Position numbers and translations under genes: made by a program. The notes beneath the pieces were generated by a model, which saw only the letters and a program-made list of their open reading frames with translations, had not been told where the DNA came from and made no database searches. Of a DNA stretch of 64,000 bases, positions 48,801 to 58,614 are shown piece by piece. Within the stretch, counting starts at the first letter, position 1. Each line of letters opens with the position of its first letter. This stretch comes from Prasinococcaceae sp. CCMP 1430 (lineage: Eukaryota > Plantae > Prasinodermophyta), in assembly GCA_013416795.1 (NCBI GenBank), contig RQSC01000015.1, positions 260,445 through 324,444 of the forward strand, written 5' to 3'.

Positions 48801-49477
48801 GGCGCGCCATGTCGCAGCACACGCACGCACGGGCGCCTGCACAGACGACACCGGTCGGGGTCGGCTCGGTTGACGCACCATCACACGCTCGCTGCCAGAG
48901 GCGCCTCCTCGGGCTGGTTGCGTGGATGGGTGGGCGCGTCGGCCAGTCGGTGCGATTCACAGCGCTCCCTCCCCCCGCGCCCCCCCCCCCGCCGTCCTCA
49001 GGCGGTTTGGGGTTTTGCGCTCTCACGCGCCAGCTGTAATTTAAAATCATTATGATGTAAACCCTTAATCCGCCGCCCCCAACCTCGCCTCCCCTCGCGC
49101 GCGCCCGCTGCTGCTCCGCCCGCCGCCGCTGCTGCGCGCGCGCGCGCGGCGCCCCGCAAGCCCCACGTTACAATGCAATCAATATGATGTTAAACATACC
49201 CACGGGAGAGTCAATCTGAGGAAATTCACGCTCGTGGCATGCGGGCGGGGCGGGGGCGCGGGTGGGGCGGGTAAACTCGGCCACCAGGGGGAAGGTGGTG
49301 TGCCAGTCCTCCTCGCGTGGGCGGAGGCGCCGGCCGTGCCTGACGCCGAGCCCATCGCTCAAACCGTGGCCACGGCCGCGCCGGAGGCAGCGGCCGTCAC
49401 CGTCACCGCCGAGGCCGCGCCGGCAGCGGCGAAGGAGGCCGCGCTTCCGGGCCCTCAGGCGCCGCAGCGCGCGGACA

Positions 49478-50707
49478 TGGCCGAGCTGATGGCCAAGTAC
49501 GGCGCCTCCGCCGACGACGAAGATGGGGACGACCTGCCGCAGTCCGATGGCGCGTTGGGCTCGCTTGTCGAGCAGCTGTCGGGCGGCATCTTCGCGAAGA
49601 TGGCGGGCGTGAGCAACGCCCCCCCCGAAGGCGCGGCGGCGGCCGCCCAGGTGCGTTCGCGCGGTGCGCGGCGTGACGCGCGCTCGCGAGGAACGAGTCC
49701 TACCGCGCCCGCGCCCTCTGAGAGCCCGCTGACACGCGCCGGTACTCGCGCAGGGCGCCCCCATGGGTGTGGTGGGGCTCGGCCGGGGCCTGCCCCCGCT
49801 TGCTCTCATCGCGCCGCCCCTGGCGGACACCACGAGCTCCTTCCTGGGCGCGTCCACGTCGTCGCCGCTGAGCGCCTCGCCGCTCTCCGCCGGCGAGGGC
49901 GGCGCCGCGAGCGGCGGCGCCTCCAGCGCCTCGGAGGCCACCGCTGCCGCCCGCGCCGCGATGGACGCGTACAACTCGCGCGGGGGCGAGCGCAGCGGCG
50001 TGGAGGGCGCGCCCGACGCGCCGGTGCTGCGCCTCGTCGATGTCGTCCCGTCGTGGTTCACGACGCTCCAGGGGGAGGTCATCGTACTGGCCGCCCTCGC
50101 CGCCATCGTCACTGGCGACGTGGATCCCACCACGTGGAGCGGCGACCTCGACCGCTCGGTGCACCGCGAGGAGATTCTCAAGGCCGTCGCGGCGGGCGGC
50201 CTCGGCGTCGGCGTCGCGCTCGAGGTGGCGCACCTGCCGGTCCTCAACCTGCTGGTGGAGCCCGTGCTGCGCGTCGCGGGGCTGACGGGGATCGCGCTCG
50301 CGGCGAGCATCGTGGCGTCCGACGAGCAGTGGGAGGAGACGCTGCGCGAGCCCATCAGGCGCGTCTTCAACAACGTGGTGCTGGGCGAGCGCGTGACCAC
50401 CGCAGCCGAGCGTGCGGCCGAGGTGGAGGCTGCGCGGCAGCGCCTGGTGGAGGCGGCGGCTGCCGAGAGGGCAGAGACGGAGCGCAGGCTCGCCGAGGAG
50501 TCCGCGGAGGCCACGGCGGCGGTCGCGCGGGCGCAGGCCATCTCAGCTCAGCTGGCTGCCGAGGAGGCCGAGGCGGACACTGAGGCCGAGGAGGCGGCTC
50601 CCGAGAAGGGCGGTGCCGAGGAGGTCGCCACCGAGGAGACCGCGGCCGCCGAGAGCGCGGACGCTGAAGCCAAGGTTGAGGTACAGGCGGAGGACAAGGA
50701 GAGCTGA
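49478..50707 (+). CDS. Unknown membrane protein with an acidic Ala/Glu tail; intron 49651..49753; start uncertain
   Basis: In-frame GT-AG intron, two or three hydrophobic segments, strong codon bias. Confidence 0.6.
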
Positions 50708-51032
50708 GCGACGGGAGCCGCGAAGGACACCGCCGGCGGTCGCGCGTTGCGGGCGCGGGCGGGTGGCAGCCGCGGAGTGGCGGCGATCAGCGTGTGTAAC
50801 TTGGTACTACTAGAGGTGGAGGCGTTGCTCGATCCTGTGTGCGAGCGCGCATTCGCGCGTGCACGAGTGCGTATGCGAGCGCGCGCGTGCGCGCGCACGC
50901 GTTTGCAGGCGACTGTGTGTCTCCCACTCAGCGCGCGGCGCGCGCGCTGGGTGGTGCGCCGCCCTCATTGCGGTGGAAGGCGCCGCCGGCGGCGTGCACC
51001 GCACGCCGGCGGCGCCGCGGGCGCACGCAGCG

Positions 51033-53905
51033 ATGGCGTCGGCGCTGAGCGGCGCGCGGCGCGGCGCGCACGCTCGTGTACGTGCCGCGCTACCGACTCC
51101 TCGCAAACGCGCACGCGGCGGAGCTCTCGCGCGTCGCCCCTGTGCCCCCCGCACGCCTCCCGTTGCCGCGCGTACCGACCGGCGGTAGGTCGCGCCCCAG
51201 CGTGCCTGTGCGCGCGCTGCGCCCGCCGCCGCCATCGGTGTCGCGCCGCCCCGCAGCGCCGTGGCAGCAGCCGCAGCTGCGCGCAGCAGAGAGGCCGCGC
51301 TACGTGCCCCGGCATCGCGCGCTCATTGCAACCGCCCGGCAGGACGAACTCCAGGGCTGGCGCCAAGGACGGTGGCTGGAGCGTCGGGCGGGACGGGTGC
51401 CGCCGCCGCCGCAGACGGCGGCGGCCGCGTTGAACGCGGGCGAGGGCACGCGAGCGATCGCCGGCGCCGGCAACCGTAGCGTGCCTGCGCACGCGACGGG
51501 CGCAGCCCTCCCTGATGCCCGAGCGAGGGCTACTGCGCCAGTCTTTGCCGCGCGCCCGCCGGCGCCGGCGCCCGCCGGGACCTCTGGCAGCCCCGCGAAG
51601 CCGTCAGTAGCACGAGGGCGGAGCTCGGTGGTGCGAGCGTCGAGCAAGGCGCCCGCACCTGCTCCCGCGAGAGCGCCCGCGCCCACCTGCGCATCCGCAT
51701 CCGCCGTCGCACGTGCGTCTGGGCCCGCGCCCGCTCGTGCTCCGGCGTCCGCCTCTGCCCCCGCTCGAGCGCCACGTTCCGCGAGGTTGCTCGCCTGCGC
51801 GCCTGGGGTGTCGTGCACGCTGGCAGAGCTGCCCCGCGAGGTACTGCACGCAGTGCTACGCCGCCTGCCGGCGCGCTCGCTCGCAGCGTGCATGTGCGCC
51901 TCGCGCTCGCTGCGCGCCGCCGCAGGCGAGGCAACGCTTTGGGATGCCGCAACCTCGGCTGCAGGCATCGCCCTGGAGGCGGAGGCTCGTGCGGAAGACG
52001 CAGTCGATGAGTGTGCGAGCAGCGTGCGTGCGGGATCGGGCGGAGGCCATGGCGCGGCTGGCGGTGTCGCGTCCTGCGAGCAGCGTGGTTCTGCGCGTGC
52101 GGCGGTAGCGACGGCAGGTCCAGCAGCCGCGCGCGGCCGCCAGCTACGCTCGTGCTTCGGTGCAGCCGTGCGCGCGCGCGCCAACTGGACGCACGGCCGC
52201 TACGCCTCTCGCGCGCTCGCGGGCGCGCACACGTGGGCGGTGGAGGCGTTGCGCTTCACGCGCGCGCGTGGCTGCGGCACGCGGCATCGCGACGGCGAGC
52301 GCCTTCTCGTCAGCGGCGCGTGGGACGGCCAGGTAGCTGCGTGGCGTGTTAGAGACGGCGCGCGAGCCGCGCGCTTTCGGGGTCATGGCGACTGGGTGAC
52401 TACCCTCGACACAGACGGCGCGCTCATCGTCAGCGGCGCCACCGACGGCACGCTGCGCGCATGGGGATGGGACAGCCCCGAGCCGCTCGCCCATTTCTAT
52501 GTGGGCTCTGCGGTCACGTGCGTGTGCCTGCTGGAGGGACTCGCGGTGCTCACGCAGGAGGCGCGGGCCGGGGACGGGTCGACCATCCCAAATGGTGGTA
52601 CGCTGTCCTGCAGCGCATGGCCCCACGTCATCGCATGCTCGGCATCGGACGGCTCCGTGCACGTGTTTGGGGTCGACGGCGCGCGTCGTCGCTCCGTTCG
52701 CCTCACCGAGCCGCTCACGCGTGCGCACCCCCAGACCGCGTGGTTTGTCAAGCCCGTGCTCGGCGGTGTGAGGTACGAAATGCGTGCGCGTAAGCGTCTC
52801 TCCCGTGCGCACGCGCAAGCGCTGGCAGCGAGCGCGCTTGACCTCAAGCCCCATCTCCGTGCGCGCATGTACGCTGACGTGAGCACGCGCGGGCGCGCAG
52901 CTTTGTCACCGCCGGGCGCTGCGGCAAGGTCGCGCTGTGGGCGCTCGGCGCGCCCCCAGACAAAGTGGACGATGACGACGCTCTTCTTCACCTTGACGTG
53001 GTCTCACGCCGAGAAACGCACGATGATGCGGTGCTTTGCGTGGCCACGCACGCACTTGGGGATGGCCATGTGGCGAACGGCACGCAGAAGTGCAAACAGG
53101 TGCGCCAGCGGCGCAGCGGCGCCATGGAGGTCGTCGCCAGCGGGAGCGCCGACGGAACGGCGGCGGTGCAGCTCGTCGTCGTGTCGGGCGATGAACGAAG
53201 TGGCGCTCCGTTTAGTCGGACCACGCCAAGGCTAGAGCTCGCGGTGCGCTGCGCAGTGGGCACGCCCGTCACCGCCATCGCGCTCGGGCGCTGGCCACGA
53301 TCGGCCGGGGTCGTAGATGGCACCGAATGTGCGGAGGAGCGGCGTTCAAGCAAGGTGCGTGCACATCGCCGCGCGCGCGCGTGCATGCGTTTGCGCCGAC
53401 ATGTGATGCTCACGTGCCAGCCGCTGACGCAAAAGGTGACGCGGGCGACTCCTGATAGCCTCTCGCGGGAATCGTGCTGGTCACAGGCGATGCTGGTGGA
53501 CGGGTGCTGGCTTGGTGCGCTGCGAGTGGCACGCAGATGCGGTCCATATGTAGACACACGAGCCCAGTCACTTCGGTCTTTCTTCACAGAGGCTTGCTGG
53601 CGACACTTGCACCCGGCGACGGTGTGCTCGTGCACGCGTGCTTTGATGCACGGGACGCGCGGGAAGCGGCGGCAGCGGCGGAGGCGTGCGATACTCATGC
53701 CGATTCAGACATGACTGCGAGCGATGCAGTGTCGAGCACCGCTCTGCTGAGCCTGATGGACGGCGGTTCCTTCGGGTGGGGAGCCAACGGTGACCTGTGC
53801 GAGGCGGCTCTAGCGCTTGGCACCAAGGACGGCGCGGTGCACATTCTCAACTTCGAGGACGGCGCACCTCAAGTGGCGCCGCAGTCGGCATGGGATGTAC
53901 TGTAA
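51033..53905 (+). CDS. F-box/WD40 protein, multi-exon; boundaries approximate
   Basis: F-box LAELPREVLHAVLRRLPARSLAACMCASRSLR; WD40 LVSGAWDGQVAAW and FRGHGDWVTTLDTDGALIVSGATDGTLRAW. Confidence 0.8.
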
Positions 53906-54070
53906 TTGATTTAAAAATTGCTGTTGTAACAAGTGTGTGTGTGCGGGCCTCTGTAATGTCTGTACCTCAGAAATGTCTACTGTACTCTTGTCGTGCAGCT
54001 ACTACAGATGTGTTGGCCTGGCGCTTTGGACGCGAGCGTGCGCATGCGCACAAGCACGCGCAGGGCTTTC

Positions 54071-55966
54071 TCAAGCCGCCGTCACGAGCGCATTGGCAGC
54101 AGCACCTATGCTGCTCTTGACCGCAGCTGCGGCCGACGCCCCAAGCGTGCCAATGCTGCCTGCCAGCGACCCTGGCATCTCCCAGGACTTCGTGCCAGCC
54201 CCGACTTGCGTCGACGCGACACTCGCGACGTCGTCGACATCCTCAACAACATCAGCTGAACTCATGTTTTCGACCTCCATTGATCCGCCCCCTTCGACTG
54301 AGGCCGTCGCGTCGGCGATGCCAGTCGCGCTGCGCTCATCGCCGCCACTGGTGCAGGCAAACCTCTTCTCGATATGCCCCTCGCTCTCGTCGCCCTCGCA
54401 CAGAGGTGCCAGCGGCTCCTCCTCCTCTGTGTCGTCTTCCCTGTCCTTGTCATCCCCCTCTGCATCTTGTGCCCCCTCGCGGATGCTCTCTATCTCGCGA
54501 CTTGCTGCGCCATCTTCATCGTGCGTGACTCTGATCTCGTGAGCGTCCTCTTGGTCGCCTCCGCCGTCGCCTTCGTTGTTACTGTCACTGTCGAGCTGCA
54601 CGGCGGTGGTGCCGTTCTCATCGACTTCGTCGTGGCCAGGGCCCGCGGCCTCGACACCAGCGCGCACGTCGTCAGCGGAGGAAGTCTCATCCGTTGGCGC
54701 TGAGGCTGCGGCGGTGCTAGCGCTCGGCGCGCCCGCGAGGCTCGCGAGGATGGCGTGCTCGAGCATCGCGTTCTCGACGTCCGCCAAGGCCGCGCCACCG
54801 CGCAACGCGTCGTCGAACAGGCGTGCGGGCAGGACGTCGCGTAGTTCGCGCTGGACGCCAGCAACATGCTCCCGTTCAAGTCCCCCGAGCTCCACGACTT
54901 GCTCGTGCTGCGCCCCGCGGCCGTCCGTTGCTTCTCCATCGGTGCCATCGTCGAGTGCGGGCTCGGCGGGGCGTGCACCCCACGCAGTGCGCGTGCGGGC
55001 CTCGCCGTCGGGGGCATCAGCCGTTCGCGCACGCTGTGCACGAAGCGCGGCTGCCGTGGCGCGTTCGCGTTCACTCTCCCTCTCCCTCGCCCTGGCGAGT
55101 GCCTCCTGGGCTGCCGCCCTGCGCAGCGAGTAGCGCGTGACGAGTGCATCGCCAGCGGCCCTGACGGGTGCCGGCGAGCTCGCCCATGCCTTCACCTTGG
55201 TGATGAGTCGCCTCGCCTTCCAGGCGAGCATGGCAGCCTTGGACTGCGAGCGCATCGCGGGGCCAGAAGCCGAAGAGGAGGCCAGAGTTCCCGTCTGCGC
55301 ATGCGGGGGCTGCTGCCGGCGCGCCCCGTCCGTCTCGGGGGCCGGCGCCGGTTGCGGAGCTGCTACGGTGTCATCTGGGGCGCTCCTGGCCTCTGGCGAC
55401 GCGCGCTGCGCTCCCTCCTCCTCCGCCCTCGTCGAGCGATTCCCCACGACGCTGCCAGCGCGCGCGCGCGCGAGCGCGCGGGCGACGTCCTGGCGCTCGC
55501 GCGCCTCTGCTTCGCGCTCCGCCGCGCTCTTGCGGCCCACGAACTGCACCGAGTAGTCCGCCGTGGCGCAAAAGGGGCACCTGGCAGGCCCGTCGCCGGT
55601 CCTGGGCGCCCACGTGGGCCCCAACTGCAGGAAGCATTCCGTGCATATGCCCTGCCGGCAGCACGTGGAGCGGTTGAGCGCCGGGTAGCCGAGCATACAA
55701 ATGGGACACTCATCGAGCAGCTGCTCCGCCGTGTTCGCCTCGTCATCCTCGCCACCGTTCAGGTTGGAGCCGTCCTCGCCCTGCTCGTTGATCTCCTTGC
55801 CCGCATGGCACGGGGCGAGCTTGCCCTCTAGGATGAGCGCGCGCAGCTTGCGCTTGTCGATGTTGGCGCGCAGCGGGTACAGGGCGCCCGCTGCGCACAG
55901 GTCCTCATCGAGGGGTTGCGCACCGCAGCACTGCCGCAGCAGCGGGCGGCTCGCGGCCGCCCCCAT
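54071..55966 (-). CDS. DA2: GW2/DA2-type RING E3 ligase
   Basis: IDKRKLRALILEGKLAPC, ECPICMLGYPALNRSTCCRQGICTECFLQ, CPFC..YSVQFVG.KS. MGAAAS could be a myristoylation site. Confidence 0.88.
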   Translation of the reverse strand: MGAAASRPLLRQCCGAQPLDEDLCAAGALYPLRANIDKRKLRALILEGKLAPCHAGKEINEQGEDGSNLNGGEDDEANTAEQLLDECPICMLGYPALNRSTCCRQGICTECFLQLGPTWAPRTGDGPARCPFCATADYSVQFVGRKSAAEREAEARERQDVARALARARAGSVVGNRSTRAEEEGAQRASPEARSAPDDTVAAPQPAPAPETDGARRQQPPHAQTGTLASSSASGPAMRSQSKAAMLAWKARRLITKVKAWASSPAPVRAAGDALVTRYSLRRAAAQEALARARERESERERATAAALRAQRARTADAPDGEARTRTAWGARPAEPALDDGTDGEATDGRGAQHEQVVELGGLEREHVAGVQRELRDVLPARLFDDALRGGAALADVENAMLEHAILASLAGAPSASTAAASAPTDETSSADDVRAGVEAAGPGHDEVDENGTTAVQLDSDSNNEGDGGGDQEDAHEIRVTHDEDGAASREIESIREGAQDAEGDDKDREDDTEEEEPLAPLCEGDESEGHIEKRFACTSGGDERSATGIADATASVEGGGSMEVENMSSADVVEDVDDVASVASTQVGAGTKSWEMPGSLAGSIGTLGASAAAAVKSSIGAAANALVTAA

Positions 55967-56609
55967 GGTGGGCCGCCCCGCGCGCGTCCCCGGCGCGTCG
56001 CCGGCGCCCAAGAAAGAGCGCGCACGCCAGCGAGCGAGCGAGCGTGCGCTCGAGAGCCAGAGCGAGCGAGCGACAGCCCACTCTGTTCGCCCCCGGGCCG
56101 CGGGCAACGCGCGCGTGTGCGCGGGCGAGCGCGCCCGCTGCCGAGGGAAGGGAGGGTGACGAGGCCCTCGTGCGCTCGAGCGCGCGAGCGCGGGCACGGG
56201 CGCGCTCCGCTCCCGGGCGCGCGGGCGCGCACGTGTGGCGCGTGCGCGCGCGACGGGCGTTTGCGCGCGCGCCGCGTGCCCCTTCGCACGCCCGAGTCGC
56301 CGCACCAATTGCGCGACGATTCGCGAATTGTGAGATTCGATCGAATGCGCGCGGCCGCCGTTTTGCGGGGGCGAAAGGCGGCCCAGTTCGCGCGTTGTTG
56401 TTCATTCGAGGGGCGCGCGGGTGCGCGCGCGCGCGCGCGCGCCAGCTCACCGGCGCGCGCGNNNNNNNNNGGCCCCCGGCGAGGCCCCGCGCGCACCCGC
56501 ACCTGTTCGCCGCCCTGCCCTCGCCGCGCCCAACAGCGCGCTCGCCCGCCCCGCGCGCTCGGGGAACCGGCAACGGCGCCGCAACCGCAACCCGTTCCGG
56601 TACCGAATC

Positions 56610-56700
56610 GCATGCAAATCGGGTTTGATGGGAAAATGCATGCAAAACCGATTTGATACGGAAAATGCATGCAAAAACGACTCGATACGGAGTCGCATGC
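56610..56700. repeat. Degenerate 28-29 bp tandem repeat with four GCATGC palindromes
   Basis: GCATGC at 56610, 56638, 56667 and 56695. Confidence 0.8.
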
Positions 56701-58088
56701 GGAATTCGGCGGCGGGGCGGGGCCCGGCGATTTTTTTTTGCGCGTAATTTCGGTGCAATTTGGTCAAGTTTATTTTCGTGTTTTTTTTTGTTATTTTCTG
56801 ATCGATGGCGAGGGGCGACGTGGCCCACGCGCGCGCGCGTGGGAGGCAGCGGCGCAAGAAACGGCGATGAAATTAACACATAATGTGCTTAGATTTGTAT
56901 AATATTTTTGGAATTGGAGTATTCGTATTCTGTGGTTTGGCCTGCGCCCGCGCGAACCACGGCGGCAGCGGGGGCTCAGGGCGGGGTCGCGGCGGGAGGG
57001 GAGCACACCGCGCGCGAGCTCCGCGCGCCCCCCCACCTTCCCCCCCCGCCATGGCGTGCATGCGCGCGACCTGCGCCCCCCGCGCGGTGGGTCTGCCGCC
57101 GCGCGCCCACCCCCGCCCTGCCCCACCACCAGCCCGGAGGCGGCCGGCCGCTGCCGCGCGAGCGCGCACGGCCGGGCTGGGCCGCAGATAAGATTCCGGG
57201 CAGGCGCATGCTTTTTGACACGGCCTCTCTCCGGAGATGCTGTCTGACCTGCACGGTCGTTTGCATTCGTGTGCGTCGTCGTTGTTGTTGTTGTTGTTGT
57301 TGGCCGTGGCCCGCGAAAAAACGGTTTGGAGGCTTTTGAAATGGGCACTGAGGGGTTGAGACAATTTTGAATTGATGGGTTTTCGCGGATTTATGCGCGT
57401 GTGGTATCGGACCGCCGCGCGCGCTGTGTGTGATGTGTGGTCTCGCGCGCGCCGTGCGCGCGGGGTGCGCGCTGCGCAGCGGGGGTTGGGAGGGGAGGTG
57501 GGGAGACCCTCCCCGCTGCGGGGCCGGGAAGGCCGCGAGGAGGGGAGAGGGAGGGACGCGCCGAGCGCGCCGCCGCACATGCCCCGCGTGCGAGGGTTTT
57601 GGCCGCGGCCGAGGGTTTCGGGCGCGCGCGCGCGCGCGCCCAACCCGGGGTATTCCGGGTCAATTCGTGCGGAAGCGAGTGCGTGTCCCGGGATGACGCC
57701 CGATCAGACCGGATTTATCCGGATGAGTCGGGGTCGTCCAGGGTCGCATGCGTGGCCGCAGTTGGGCCACAGATGGGAGGGCTTGGAGGTGCCGGGGCGC
57801 GCGTGCGCAGTGCGTGGGAGGAAATGGGAGCGGGGGTAAGGGAGAGGGGGGGGGAGGCAGAGCAGACGCCTCGCGCACGGGGAGGCGGCGAGAGGGGGGC
57901 GCTGTTCAGCTGCGGCCGCCGCGCGGCGTTGGCGGCACATGCGCGTGGCGGGCCCGTGGGCCCTCGGGCCAAGTCCTGAAAGGAGCTGCGCGTCTGGCGC
58001 GATTGCTGACGCCTCCTTCGCTCGGTGTGTATCGCCCCCCTCCCCCCCGCCGCGACCGCCGCCCTGTCACAATCTGTGCGCCTTGCAG

Positions 58089-58355
58089 GTCAAGGTCTCG
58101 GGCAACAAGGAGGAGCAGAAGCTGTACAGGCGGCACTCGGGCCGCCCGGGCGGCATGAAGGTGGAGAAGTACCGCCACCTGCAGGAGCGCATCCCGGAGC
58201 GCATCGTCGAGAAGGCCATCAAGGGCATGCTGCCCAAGGGCCGCCTCGGGCGCACGCTGTTCACGAACCTCAAGGTGTACAAGGGCGCTGAGCACCCCCA
58301 CGAGGCGCAGAACCCCACGACCGTGGACCTCAAGCACTGCGTCTACGAGAAGTAA
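58089..58355 (+). CDS. RPL13: Plastid/bacterial-type ribosomal protein uL13, 3' exon only
   Basis: [60 protein letters not shown], preceded by a GCTGAC..TTGCAG acceptor. Confidence 0.9.
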   Translation, partial: VKVSGNKEEQKLYRRHSGRPGGMKVEKYRHLQERIPERIVEKAIKGMLPKGRLGRTLFTNLKVYKGAEHPHEAQNPTTVDLKHCVYEK

Positions 58356-58523
58356 GGGGGGGGGGAGTAACTACTAACTACATTGAAAGCACCAATTCCC
58401 TGTGAGGGCGAAGCGCGCGCATTCGCTCTTTCGCGGGGGAGGGCCAGCTTGTGTGCAAAAGGCAACGTGCGCCCGTCCCCTGTATTAATCGCCGCGGCGC
58501 CGCTGCGAGCTGGTGCGCACCAC

Positions 58524-58578
58524 CTACGCGTCCCCCGCGCTCGCGGCAGGGTCGGGCTTCGAGTCGCCTGCGTCCTGC

Positions 58579-58614
<36 letters not shown>

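Noticed and set aside
56610-56700. CRISPR-like periodic repeat
   Set aside because: Eukaryotic context, degenerate contiguous units and no unique spacers or cas genes.
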